A DNA stretch of 64,000 nucleotides from the IMG/VR virus record IMGVR_UViG_3300028654_000009. One strand, given 5' to 3'. The notes below the pieces were generated by a model, which saw only the letters and a list, made by a program, of their open reading frames with translations, was not told the origin of the DNA and did not search any database. The stretch comes from a virus. Of this stretch, positions 18,752-27,821 are shown one piece after another (the first letter of the stretch is position 1; each line of letters opens with the position of its first letter). The position numbers and the translations under genes were made by a program.

Positions 18752-19828
18752 TTAAAACCCGTCCAGGTCGGGGTGGTGGTTGTGCGGATTGCCCCAATGA
18801 ACCAGCTCGCACAGGGTCCGGTCAATAGCGACCCGGTCAGGCCCGTGTGGCAGCTTCGAGGTCTGGTAGGCGGACTCGATTAGCTGGTCGGTGCTGGCTG
18901 CATACTCAATCAGCCTGTCGTAGCTCCAGGCTCCATTGCGAATCGCCAACAGCTCCTCGGCGTCTGGCCTCTTTACGATGCAACCCTTCCCTTCAAGGAT
19001 TTCCTTGCACATCCGCATCAGCCGCACGAGGTGGGCCCCGTGCTTGGCGTCGTAACCAGACTGAGCTTCCAGAGCGGCCCTGGCCGGGTTGCGCTCGGTC
19101 TTCCACTTCTGATAGCTGACGTACTCACGCATGGCGGACCCGTACTTGCGCTCAGCGATAACGATGGGGATCAGGGCAGCCGACACGATCCCGTCAATGG
19201 CCTGGTGAATGAGATGCTCGTCTAAGATTTGGCCCTTGGTCGCTCCCAGCCCGCCGGCCACGTCTTCCAGCTTCTGGACCTTGGAGTTGATGAGCCCCAT
19301 TTCCTCCTTCGGGATTGTGGAATGCTCGGGGAGGTTGAAGTCAGCTCGCTCGGGCTTGCGGTCTCGGGGCTGCAGCAAGAAGCTCCGATGGGTCTTGATG
19401 CGCTTGAGCTGCGAATAAGCGTACCCAGAGAAACGGTGTCGAGCGGCCTTGGTCAGGAACAAGTCTCGAATGCCATACAGGCGCATCCAGTTGAAGTCGT
19501 CGCCTTCTTGCGGGTACAACCAATCGCTCTCGTCAGTGAACAACAGCTCAATGACGTTGGGGTTACACTCGGTAGCCAGAGCTACGAACTTGCGGATATC
19601 ATAAATCACGCAATCGATGTCGCCCTTGATTTCGGCTTGCTCGAACTTGTTGAGGAAGCCGTAGAAGTACCGCAGGGGCGGGATGGCCACGCCCCTGATG
19701 TCGAGGTCGGACGCAGGCGTGTTGGTCCCGTAAGCGTGGCTGCCGGCCTTGCACAAAAAGATGGTGCCGTTCTTGAGCCAGTCTAGGTTGCCCTTGTAAT
19801 GGGACCAATCGAATTTATCGGTAGACAA
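18752..19828 (-). CDS. Pol-beta-superfamily nucleotidyltransferase (Nuc-transf/RlaP-like)
   Basis: GSHAYGTNTPASDLDIRGV, NPNVIELLF, GYDAKHGAHLVRL, LLAIRNG. Confidence 0.9.
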   Translation of the reverse strand: MSTDKFDWSHYKGNLDWLKNGTIFLCKAGSHAYGTNTPASDLDIRGVAIPPLRYFYGFLNKFEQAEIKGDIDCVIYDIRKFVALATECNPNVIELLFTDESDWLYPQEGDDFNWMRLYGIRDLFLTKAARHRFSGYAYSQLKRIKTHRSFLLQPRDRKPERADFNLPEHSTIPKEEMGLINSKVQKLEDVAGGLGATKGQILDEHLIHQAIDGIVSAALIPIVIAERKYGSAMREYVSYQKWKTERNPARAALEAQSGYDAKHGAHLVRLMRMCKEILEGKGCIVKRPDAEELLAIRNGAWSYDRLIEYAASTDQLIESAYQTSKLPHGPDRVAIDRTLCELVHWGNPHNHHPDLDGF

Positions 19829-19997
19829 GGTCCTTCTCCTCCCAAGTTTGCACCGAGCACAGATTCTTAATGCTCTTCTGCTTCTCTTGATGGTACAGAA
19901 TCGTCAAAACCTTCAGGTCAAAGGTGAGCTTCTCGACTTCCTTTTTGAGGGCGAGGTTCTCTTCCTGGACCTCGTCTAAATGCTTCCAGCCCATCAT
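19815..19997 (-). CDS. Hypothetical coiled-coil protein
   Basis: Coupled ORF. Confidence 0.45.
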   Translation of the reverse strand: MMGWKHLDEVQEENLALKKEVEKLTFDLKVLTILYHQEKQKSIKNLCSVQTWEEKDLVYR

Positions 19998-20242
19998 TCA
20001 GTCCATTCCAGCTCTTCGTGCTCATTCCCAAGCTCTCGGGCCTGCGCAAGAATCATCTCCTCGGCCTCGATGAGGGCCTGTGCCATCCTGAGGATGTGTT
20101 CTTGTAATCGCTCCACCAAGACCTGCGCCTCCCAGGCCTCGTGCGAGCGGTCTTGGTAAGCGAGCCACAGTCGGTCGTATTCCGGCTGAGGCACATTTTC
20201 TAGCCGATAAGGTACCCTCTGGAAACGGTGTTGGGTGGGCAT
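19994..20242 (-). CDS. Hypothetical protein
   Basis: Start MPTQHRF with AGGAG. Confidence 0.5.
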   Translation of the reverse strand: MPTQHRFQRVPYRLENVPQPEYDRLWLAYQDRSHEAWEAQVLVERLQEHILRMAQALIEAEEMILAQARELGNEHEELEWTE

Positions 20243-20250
20243 GGAGTCTC

Positions 20251-20580
20251 CTATTCGAAGTCGCTGAGGTCTTTTCCGTCGAAGATTAAAGCGTGGATCT
20301 TTTGCAGGGTCGGGGTCCCTAGCTTCCTGAGCCCGTGTTTTGTTACGGCCCTGATGTTGGAAACCAGCTTGGTGCGAAGACGTTCTTCTCGGTCGTGTGC
20401 GGTGTACGGACGGGCGAAGGAGTTGCTTCCCAGAAGGGCTCCCGTCTCTGGGTTGATGCTGTAAGGTCCGGCCACAATCATCGTAGGCAAACGTGAACTC
20501 ACCGTCGCCACCACCTCCCACGAGTTGTGGTCGATGACAACCTTGTCACCCACCTTCAGTGCTGCCAGCCAGCCAGCCAT
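20251..20580 (-). CDS. Hypothetical protein (SH3/KOW-like N-terminus)
   Basis: LKVGDKVVI; resembles 13944-14330. Confidence 0.55.
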   Translation of the reverse strand: MAGWLAALKVGDKVVIDHNSWEVVATVSSRLPTMIVAGPYSINPETGALLGSNSFARPYTAHDREERLRTKLVSNIRAVTKHGLRKLGTPTLQKIHALIFDGKDLSDFE

Positions 20581-20816
20581 CAGTTCCTCTTTTCCATCCC
20601 CTTTGGAAGCCGGTACCAAAAAGCCTGGTGGTCAATCATCACCACATCGCCCAGCTCGATGGAAGAAACAAACAGGTCAATCAGCAGAGAGTGCAGGGAC
20701 CCCCGGCGGATACCCATGTCGAGGTCTTTCGTTCCGACCCGCTTGGTGACGTCGTAAATCGATTCAAGGTCGGCGGGGTCGAAGTAGCGGGTATCAATAT
20801 TCCAGTAAGTTGCCAT
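20580..20816 (-). CDS. Hypothetical protein
   Basis: SD AAGGA; coupled. Confidence 0.5.
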   Translation of the reverse strand: MATYWNIDTRYFDPADLESIYDVTKRVGTKDLDMGIRRGSLHSLLIDLFVSSIELGDVVMIDHQAFWYRLPKGMEKRN

Positions 20817-20825
20817 GTATTCCTT

Positions 20826-21095
20826 TCAGGACAAGATCAGGTCGAGAGATTCAGAGAGTCCTACCTTGATGACGACCAAGAAGAAGTCGTCCATCTTTCT
20901 GGGGAGTACGTCCTCAGAGTAGCGTTCTGCAAACACCTTGATTGCAATGCGCTTGCCGGCGTCGTCAGAAACCACCTCGGCGGCAGCAAACCACGTTTCT
21001 CCCCCGTATCGAAAGTAGACCTCACTTAGGGCGTCTTCAAAAGGGTCGCTGGGCTTATCGGTGCTGAAACCTTCTCGTAACGGATTTTTGCTCAT
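20826..21095 (-). CDS. Hypothetical protein
   Basis: Coupled ORF. Confidence 0.5.
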   Translation of the reverse strand: MSKNPLREGFSTDKPSDPFEDALSEVYFRYGGETWFAAAEVVSDDAGKRIAIKVFAERYSEDVLPRKMDDFFLVVIKVGLSESLDLILS

Positions 21096-21487
21096 TGTCT
21101 CTCCAGTAGGTACGCAAGAGTTTTAAGGCCTTCCGACAGTTCAATCTTCCTTTTGATACCGGACAGCTTGTTGACCTTTTCGAGGTCCCACAAACACAAG
21201 GCCACGTCGAGGTCTTCTCCGATGAGGGCTCGCATGGTTTCTTCCGAGTCCACCCACCTGGGCTGCCAGGCCTTGCGCCCTTCCATCTTGAATCGCATGG
21301 TACGCAACGTCCCTCGAAGGCCAGCCTCGACGATTACGTAGCCAATGATATCGACTGGGTGGCCGTCAACCGAGAACACCTTGCTGCGGCCCACGTTGGA
21401 CAGGTTCAACTGCCCTTTGAAGACCCGCAAAGAAACCTTCTTAGCTGCTTCCGCCAGCTTCTGACGGTTCAAACGGAACAGGGACAT
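21092..21487 (-). CDS. Hypothetical protein
   Basis: Start MSLFRL with GGAGG. Confidence 0.5.
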   Translation of the reverse strand: MSLFRLNRQKLAEAAKKVSLRVFKGQLNLSNVGRSKVFSVDGHPVDIIGYVIVEAGLRGTLRTMRFKMEGRKAWQPRWVDSEETMRALIGEDLDVALCLWDLEKVNKLSGIKRKIELSEGLKTLAYLLERQ

Positions 21488-21653
21488 CGGAGACCTCCAC
21501 TTTGTAGTCGGTACTGAGGAAGTTGCCGTCCGCCAGTCCGTCTTCGTATCCTTCATCGTAAGCGTGGTCATGGATGTCTTTCAAGACGATTACGAGCATC
21601 AAGACCCCGATCACCAGCCCAACGATAGCAATGTACAACAACAGTCCGGTCAT
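21441..21653 (-). CDS. Small membrane protein
   Basis: N-terminal TM then YDEGYEDG. Confidence 0.5.
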   Translation of the reverse strand: MTGLLLYIAIVGLVIGVLMLVIVLKDIHDHAYDEGYEDGLADGNFLSTDYKVEVSDVPVPFEPSEAGGSS

Positions 21654-21863
21654 TTTGACTCTCTTTCTTTTGTTATCAGTTCAATGTTTCAGGCTTGTGG
21701 ATACGCTGGGTGGTCTCCAGGAGCAAACGCTCCTCTTCATTCTCACGAGCCTGAATCCGAGCTGCCAGCTCGGCGCGGACGAACTCCAGTCGGGCCCGTT
21801 CACGACCGATAAAAAAGAACCCCAGGTTGGTCACCAAGAACAACAAGAAGGTCGCCAGAAAAA

Positions 21864-22178
21864 TCACTGCAGCACCGGGGTCTTGTCGTCGTCTTCGTAG
21901 TTCAGCTCGCAACTGTCCCAGCCGTTACGATAGCCGTTTCCGTAGCCCGTCCGGTAGCCTTCGTCATGGGCCTCTTGCTCTTCGGCCGTGAACTCCTCGA
22001 AGGTATCCTCCATGCCCTGGATGTGCCCATACACATAGCCGAGGAGGCCGACGCCCAAGAAGACAACCGCACCGATGAGGGCCACGAGGACCCACACGTG
22101 GCTTACCACGAGGGGGAGCAGCAAGAACCCGAAGAGACCACCAAACAGGACGGCCAGGAAGTTATCATTTATCTTCAC
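21864..22178 (-). CDS. Membrane protein with GxxxG (Yae1/FliH-like) tail
   Basis: Two TMs then EGYRTGYGNGYRNG. Confidence 0.5.
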   Translation of the reverse strand: MKINDNFLAVLFGGLFGFLLLPLVVSHVWVLVALIGAVVFLGVGLLGYVYGHIQGMEDTFEEFTAEEQEAHDEGYRTGYGNGYRNGWDSCELNYEDDDKTPVLQ

Positions 22179-22519
22179 TTCGCGTCCGCCTTGTCTCGCC
22201 CAGCCAGGGCGTTCTCGACCTGCTGGATACGCTGGTGGAAGTCGCCCACCGAGGTCAGCCGAGCGGCCACCCGCTTGGACTCGACGTGAGCCAGGAACCG
22301 GCGCCCCTTGGGGTTGAAGTCGTGCTCCTGCAGAGCATACAGGACGGTCTTGCCGCACCGATTGTGCTGGCTCCGGAAGACCGTCCGGTTGAGAGCCTCA
22401 CGCTGGCTCGCCAGCTCTCGGTGGGCCTGGTCAAGCGTCTCATAGAACGCTTGACGCTGGGCCTTGGTGGGGACGCCCCCTTTGGTTACCACGGTATCGT
22501 AAAGCTGATTGAATGTCAT
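22175..22519 (-). CDS. Hypothetical protein
   Basis: SD AAGGAG. Confidence 0.6.
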   Translation of the reverse strand: MTFNQLYDTVVTKGGVPTKAQRQAFYETLDQAHRELASQREALNRTVFRSQHNRCGKTVLYALQEHDFNPKGRRFLAHVESKRVAARLTSVGDFHQRIQQVENALAGRDKADAK

Positions 22520-22529
22520 GGGTCTCCTT

Positions 22530-22916
22530 TCAGTCGATTTTGATGGAGGTAACGGTGAAGTCGTATTCTTCGGCCAGCTGGCGCAGCTTGCACACCTCAG
22601 TCGCGGTCATGAGCAGAGTGCCGCCGTCCATGTGGTGCAGGAAGCGCTTGATCGCTTCGGGCTGAAACGATGGGACAATCATGCTGACAGCCTTCACAAG
22701 CTCGAAGACCACGCGATCCTCGACCGGGGTGTCATAAACCGCAACGCGGTAAGTATCCTCGTCGAAGCGCTCTTCGTCGGACTTCTCTTCGGGCTGCGGA
22801 TTGGTCAGCTGGTCCTCGTCAAGAAGCTGAAGGACCAGTGAAGCCACCTTGGCCTGGTCACTCTCGGAAAGGAAACCGAAATTGGCCTGGACGATGTCGA
22901 GCTGCTTGCGAGACAT
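22530..22916 (-). CDS. Hypothetical protein, paralog of 22916-23290
   Basis: Shared N-terminus (QLDIVQANFGFLSESDQ vs KLDLIVAAFNTLSEAGQ). Confidence 0.6.
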   Translation of the reverse strand: MSRKQLDIVQANFGFLSESDQAKVASLVLQLLDEDQLTNPQPEEKSDEERFDEDTYRVAVYDTPVEDRVVFELVKAVSMIVPSFQPEAIKRFLHHMDGGTLLMTATEVCKLRQLAEEYDFTVTSIKID

Positions 22917-23290
22917 TACACCACCTCCTTAATGTTCGAGTAATTGCTGAGGAAATGCCTGAAGGCCAGCTCCTGGTCAGCATAAATGACGAAGGGGATT
23001 CCGTCAATCGCATCCTTAGCTCCCTTCAGCGAGAAGCCCAGAGCGGCACGGAAGGCCTTGATGGCGGGCAGAATGCCGTTCCCGGTGGGGTTGGTCCTGG
23101 TATCGTAGCGGTTCTCGAAAGAGAGGCGAACGGTGCGAGACGTGGACGTGGGCACGCCGGACTCACAACCGGCCGTGGCCGGCGGGCACAGCTCGCGAAG
23201 AGCTGCCTGGAACAGCGCCTCCTGGCCGGCCTCGGAGAGGGTGTTGAAGGCGGCAACGATGAGGTCGAGCTTTTGGGAAGAAGTGGCCAT
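22916..23290 (-). CDS. Protein with ribosomal bL12 (L7/L12) C-terminal-like domain
   Basis: ILPAIKAFRAALGFSLKGAKDAID matches the bL12 CTD helix-turn-helix consensus. Confidence 0.6.
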   Translation of the reverse strand: MATSSQKLDLIVAAFNTLSEAGQEALFQAALRELCPPATAGCESGVPTSTSRTVRLSFENRYDTRTNPTGNGILPAIKAFRAALGFSLKGAKDAIDGIPFVIYADQELAFRHFLSNYSNIKEVV

Positions 23291-23350
23291 TTGAAGTCTC
23301 CGTGGAAGGGGTTTGTGTCGAGATTCAAGATATCAGAGTCTGCGTGACTG

Positions 23351-23614
23351 TCAAACTTTATTTTTAGGATTCAGCTTGTCTGCGATGTGCTGAGCTTCGG
23401 CGAACTTCTGGAACCAAACGGAGTAGGCCTCGAACGCCACCCTCCAGTTCGCCAGGGCGTTGTCGCGGGCAGCCTTGGCACGGTCCAATGCCTTGCTCCG
23501 AATCAGTCTTCGGTCCAGGACCGTGAAGTGCTTCATCGCGACCTCGGCCTCCTGGGCGGCCCGATTCAGATTCTCTTCGACGGTCTGCTGCTCGGTCTTT
23601 TGGGTGTAAGACAT
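23351..23614 (-). CDS. Hypothetical helical protein
   Basis: GGAGG SD; TTGACG promoter at 23654-23659. Confidence 0.55.
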   Translation of the reverse strand: MSYTQKTEQQTVEENLNRAAQEAEVAMKHFTVLDRRLIRSKALDRAKAARDNALANWRVAFEAYSVWFQKFAEAQHIADKLNPKNKV

Positions 23615-23663
23615 AACGACCTCCAGGAACAATGATACTCGATTCCGGGCACTCGTCAACACT

Positions 23664-23669
23664 AATCTT
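23664..23669 (+). promoter_or_regulatory. Late-promoter box AATCTT
   Basis: 5 nt before ATG 23675. Confidence 0.75.
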
Positions 23670-23674
23670 CGGGC

Positions 23675-24064
23675 ATGGCTAACACGGTTCAGTTTGAGGT
23701 ATCCATCAAAGGGGAAAACACCGGCAAGACTTACTCGGGAGTCTTCGAGGTGAAGACAAATCTCAGTCTTCGTGACTCACTGCGTGAAGACCAGGTGCGT
23801 CGAAACACCCTGGGGACCAATCCCGGGGAAGCCTCCGACTACGCGACATCGATCGCGGGCGCCCTGGCCTATCTGGCCGTGCGTATCGTCAATGCTCCTG
23901 ACTTCTGGGCCAAGTCCAACGGTGGCGTTGATCTGGAAGACGAAAATGTCCTAGTCGAAGTGAATAACGCCTGCGTAAAGGCCATCCAGGATGAGCGGGA
24001 TAAGGTCAAGGCCTTGGCCACAGACGCCCAGAAAGCGCTCGCCACTAAGGCCGCAGGGGCCTAA
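23675..24064 (+). CDS. Tail assembly chaperone
   Basis: YSGVFEVK...ALAYLAVRIVNAPDFW pattern; AATCTT box 5 nt upstream. Confidence 0.7.
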   Translation: MANTVQFEVSIKGENTGKTYSGVFEVKTNLSLRDSLREDQVRRNTLGTNPGEASDYATSIAGALAYLAVRIVNAPDFWAKSNGGVDLEDENVLVEVNNACVKAIQDERDKVKALATDAQKALATKAAGA

Positions 24065-24567
24065 TGGACGACTTGTTCCGGCAGTGCCAGACATTGGCGC
24101 TGGCGGACGTCCTTGCCGAAAAGCCTTCGGCCGAGTATTCGCTCCGGCGAATCTTCCGAGCGTATTCCGAAAAGTTCCACACACCCCTCCACCTGGTGGA
24201 CGACATTCCCTTGGTGGACGTTTTGACGCACTACTACGAGACCTGCTTTGAGTCAATGCTGGACGGCGACGATGCAGCCCAAAACGAGCTTGACGAGCTG
24301 ACCAAGACCCTCTCTATGTCCGAGCAAGAGGCCGAGAAGGCCCGCGCCGAGAAGGCCAAGCAGCAATACCGAGACTACCTGTTCGAGCAAGAGCTTAAGC
24401 GAGAGGCGGCGTCCCAGGAAAAGCCCAAGGCCCAGGAAGTCCTCAAGAAGACAGAGGAACTCATCAACGCTTTGCAGAACGAAGAAATCAAGATGCAGTT
24501 CGTCAGCGAAGAAGAGATGGATGCACTATCCAATCAGGACGGCGTGGGCTCTCTGCTGGACCTGTAA
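24064..24567 (+). CDS. Second tail assembly chaperone-like protein
   Basis: TAATG-coupled; acidic; YSEKFHTPL. Confidence 0.55.
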   Translation: MDDLFRQCQTLALADVLAEKPSAEYSLRRIFRAYSEKFHTPLHLVDDIPLVDVLTHYYETCFESMLDGDDAAQNELDELTKTLSMSEQEAEKARAEKAKQQYRDYLFEQELKREAASQEKPKAQEVLKKTEELINALQNEEIKMQFVSEEEMDALSNQDGVGSLLDL

Positions 24568-25910
24568 TCCTCCCAAAGCTGCGCCCGGGCGAAAGCCTGA
24601 CACCGGCCCATAAACTGGGCTGGCGTATCGTCTGGGTTGTCTAGGGCTAGCTTACGGGCCGCAGTATCGTCCAGGGTGATTCTAATGCCGAGGCGAACCT
24701 TGGCTTCGAAGTCGATGGCCCCTATCTCTACGATTGAGTCGATCCGCCCAGGCCTGGTGGCCGTGCCGTCCTCTCGGACCTGTCCCAATGCGGGGTCGAT
24801 GTGTTTTAGGTGGTTGGTGGTTATGAGCAATATCCTGCCATGAGAAGGGGCCAAGCCGTCAATCGCGTTGAGAATGGTATCGAAGGTCAGCTCGGAACCG
24901 GGTACCTGGTTTTCGCGACCATGAAAAACTGCGTCGAAGTCTTCCAACAGTATGATGTGCGGGGAGGGGAAAGAATCGGCGTACTCAATAACACTTCTGA
25001 AACCCTGGTTATCGATAGCCGCAAGATCGACGGTGAGTACAGTTAGGCCAAAGCGCTGGGATACAGCCCGGACCAGAGAGGTTTTGCCCGTACCCGGAGG
25101 ACCGTAAAGCAGGGCGCCATAGTTCCAGGGTACCCCTCGCTTTTTGTGCCATTCTTCGTGGTCTATGAAGAACTCCAATTCGCGCTCGATTCGCACCATG
25201 CCTGGCGACAGCTCAATGTTTGAGAAAGGGTCGGAGGTGGGATCAATGTCAACTTCCTCCTCGGAGGCCCCCATCCAAACCTGTCCGTTGTTGATATTCA
25301 ATCGCTTGAACTTGGCCGGACCCATAGCTCGGGTCAGCAATTTGTTGTTAGGGATGATGCTCCCGTGCTTGTCAACATTGCATCTTACAAACATGACGTT
25401 TTTGCTTGTGCCGGCGGCGCTGTCCGCCTTTTCAATAAGCTCCTTCGTCTCTAGGCCGATCCTGCGTACCAGTTTCCCCCAGTCAAAGGTAAACCGGAAG
25501 AAGATGAATGAGCCCACTATGGTATCGGGGACGTCGCCTCTCCCGCTTTCCCCAGGCTTCTTGAAGAACAGTGGCCTGCCCTCGAACAAAAAGAACATGT
25601 CTCCGGAGGTCAGCTCATGCGCGGTAACGTCGGTAAGCTGTTGCGATATCATCACCCTCATGGGGCTAACGCTTTTGGTTCCAAACGGAATGCGCACCCT
25701 GGAATTCCTATAGAAATATGAAAGCAACTCCTGGTTTGTGCCTTCTGAGCCGTACTTGATTTCCTCGAACAATAGGGTTTTCAGCACCCCAAGCGCAAAC
25801 GCCCCTATGTCCCGCAGGCTTGAGGCAACAACAGAGCCTATGAAGCCTGCGGCGCCGAGTTCGAACAGAAGCTTGTGAGCGAAAATGAAGGCTAGCACGG
25901 TTCCTCCCAA
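24534..25910 (-). CDS. BCS1-like AAA+ ATPase with N-terminal membrane anchor
   Basis: GALLYGPPGTGKTS, LLEDFD, LNAIDG, TTNH..IDPAL...RPGRID. Confidence 0.85.
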   Translation of the reverse strand: MGGTVLAFIFAHKLLFELGAAGFIGSVVASSLRDIGAFALGVLKTLLFEEIKYGSEGTNQELLSYFYRNSRVRIPFGTKSVSPMRVMISQQLTDVTAHELTSGDMFFLFEGRPLFFKKPGESGRGDVPDTIVGSFIFFRFTFDWGKLVRRIGLETKELIEKADSAAGTSKNVMFVRCNVDKHGSIIPNNKLLTRAMGPAKFKRLNINNGQVWMGASEEEVDIDPTSDPFSNIELSPGMVRIERELEFFIDHEEWHKKRGVPWNYGALLYGPPGTGKTSLVRAVSQRFGLTVLTVDLAAIDNQGFRSVIEYADSFPSPHIILLEDFDAVFHGRENQVPGSELTFDTILNAIDGLAPSHGRILLITTNHLKHIDPALGQVREDGTATRPGRIDSIVEIGAIDFEAKVRLGIRITLDDTAARKLALDNPDDTPAQFMGRCQAFARAQLWEDYRSSREPTPS

Positions 25911-26137
25911 AACTCGATGTATTGGAATCCGTTCCGGAATCCCAGGGAGCGAAAGCGTTCCTTGGTGGGGAAGGACTCGGGTATTGCGGGCTCATACTCC
26001 GGCCACGCTTTACAGCGTCCACCGTCGCAGCCGTTGGCGTCGCAGTCACGACAGTAGCCGTTGAGAAGCAGGTCCTCGTCGAAGCAGCTGGGGCAAGCGC
26101 AATGGATTTCCATGTGGTTCCTTAGTTGGGGAGACAA
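25892..26137 (-). CDS. Cys-rich small protein
   Basis: CPSC, CRDC and further Cys. Confidence 0.45.
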   Translation of the reverse strand: MSPQLRNHMEIHCACPSCFDEDLLLNGYCRDCDANGCDGGRCKAWPEYEPAIPESFPTKERFRSLGFRNGFQYIEFWEEPC

Positions 26138-26667
26138 GGGGCCGTATGGGTGGCGTCGCAGACATGGAGCCCTACCGGCTCAAGGCCGAACATGGCATCT
26201 ACACCCTTCTGTAGCGTCGATCCGGTCGGGTCGCTACAGGTGGTCGGGTCAGAGCCGTAAAACTCGACCGGATGGTCGTGGACACCCAGGACCTCTTCGT
26301 TGTGGATTAGCTCGTGGGCGAGGGCCGACGGCCACAGAGCCCAGGAAGAATCGGGTGCCATTACGATGGTGAGGTCGCCCTCGGTCAACCCAGTGACGCA
26401 TTCCCCCGTCTGGGGATTGGTGAATCCTTGCCAGGGGAGACCCTGAAGGCGTCCGCCGTGATTGCAGGTGCCCGTACAGGTAACCGCCTTGGGGCCATAC
26501 CAGTGGACCTCGGGCTTGGCGTTTGGCTTCCCATAAGCGGTGAGCGCTGCCTGCAGGTTCTCGGCCGCCATCACTGGGGCGGGTACCTCGAACTCAGGAT
26601 TCACGACCAGCTGGGAACACCCCTGAAGGAGGAAAGCTGCCAGGGCGACAGTCATCAAGTTCTTCAT
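26122..26667 (-). CDS. Lipoprotein with zincin metallopeptidase motif
   Basis: Lipobox LQGC; LAHELIH. Confidence 0.7.
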   Translation of the reverse strand: MKNLMTVALAAFLLQGCSQLVVNPEFEVPAPVMAAENLQAALTAYGKPNAKPEVHWYGPKAVTCTGTCNHGGRLQGLPWQGFTNPQTGECVTGLTEGDLTIVMAPDSSWALWPSALAHELIHNEEVLGVHDHPVEFYGSDPTTCSDPTGSTLQKGVDAMFGLEPVGLHVCDATHTAPCLPN

Positions 26668-26889
26668 GATTTAATGATACTCGTCTTGGCAGCTTTGTCA
26701 AAGTCTATTTGTTCTTTGGGACGTAATTCTTCCAAAAAGAATCAGGGGGCGGACTGGTTCCTAGCTCTTTCCAGGTCCCGTCCGCCTCCAAGATAAAGCC
26801 CCGCGTCTCGTCGCCCTGGAACACCCATTTTAGGTCTCCAGGGCCGCAAGGCCGGCCGGAACAGACTACAAACAGTGTCCTGAAATAGC

Positions 26890-27240
26890 TCAACGGTCTC
26901 CGCCGCCTTTGATACGAAATGGAGAGTTTGCGGAGCGACGGGCGGCCCACTCCGGGAATCGCAGGGCTTGCAGCTTGAGGATGCCCAGGTCCGCCTTGCC
27001 GTGGTAGGTTTCCGACCCGATCGAAATGTCCTCCAGCTTGCCGCCGATGCGGGTGCGCTTGACGATTCGGAAAGCCTTGATTCCGACACGAATCATGTAG
27101 CCTTCCTTGTCCTGACCACGAACGCCGTAATAGCTGAAACGATTGCCCCCGGCCACCCGGAACAGCCCGGCGTCACGCAGGGTGGCCTCGACGGCGGTGC
27201 GCTTGTCGTTCTGGTTGCTGCGGGAAGTGATGGAAGTCAT
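26890..27240 (-). CDS. Hypothetical protein, first gene of early cassette
   Basis: Follows promoter cassette with AAGGAG. Confidence 0.65.
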   Translation of the reverse strand: MTSITSRSNQNDKRTAVEATLRDAGLFRVAGGNRFSYYGVRGQDKEGYMIRVGIKAFRIVKRTRIGGKLEDISIGSETYHGKADLGILKLQALRFPEWAARRSANSPFRIKGGGDR

Positions 27241-27309
27241 TGGCGGCTCCTTGAGAGGGTTTTCGTTCGGGACAAGAATTACTCTACCAGAGTTTTGAGA
27301 GTCGTCAAG
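27238..27309 (-). promoter_or_regulatory. Repeated early promoter/leader cassette, copy 3
   Basis: TTGACG-16nt-TAGAGT-AATTCTTGTCCCGAACGAAAACCC...AAGGAG. Confidence 0.8.
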
Positions 27310-27311
27310 AG

Positions 27312-27638
27312 CTATTTCTTCGCTGCCCGCTTGCCGGCGTCCAGAAGGTACTTGCCGGTCGCCGCGATCATCTTCTCGCGCTCGGTGAAGTATTGCGTCT
27401 TTTGAGACGCGCCGTAGTCCTCCCCGTTGCGGGTGGAATGGGTCACCAGGGTGAAGTAGTGGCCCGGAGCGAGCCTATACCCCCAGCTTTCATTCTCATC
27501 GGTCAGCTCTTCGGAAACCATGTCGCAGGTCCCCTGGGTAATGCGCACCCCGATCTGGCGCCCCTTGGCATCCAAGAACCCGAGGTCGAAGTAAGCCGTT
27601 GCCTTGTCGTCATTCTTCTTTACAACGATGGAAGTCAT
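27312..27638 (-). CDS. Hypothetical protein
   Basis: AAGGAG SD; RBS and first codons identical to 26890-27240. Confidence 0.65.
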   Translation of the reverse strand: MTSIVVKKNDDKATAYFDLGFLDAKGRQIGVRITQGTCDMVSEELTDENESWGYRLAPGHYFTLVTHSTRNGEDYGASQKTQYFTEREKMIAATGKYLLDAGKRAAKK

Positions 27639-27667
27639 TGGCGGCTCCTTGAGAAGGTTTGAACAAA

Positions 27668-27781
27668 TGAGCGGGGCGGAGACCGGGGTGTCAATCGTAG
27701 GGCTGCAGTCCCTACAAGGTCCTCCGGGCGTTTAAGTCTCGGCTAACCGTTAGGCGCTTATCTTCATTTCCGCCCCGCTCA
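27668..27781 (-). ncRNA. Unclassified structured RNA in 5' leader
   Basis: 13-bp perfect terminal inverted repeat enclosing internal hairpins, directly after early promoter. Confidence 0.55.
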
Positions 27782-27821
27782 CAGAATTACTCTACCAGAC
27801 TATCAAAAGGTGTCAAGGCCG

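Noticed and set aside
23675-24567. Programmed frameshift between tail chaperones (lambda G/GT type)
   Set aside because: No clear slippery heptamer near the first stop, and the second ORF has its own TAATG-coupled start.
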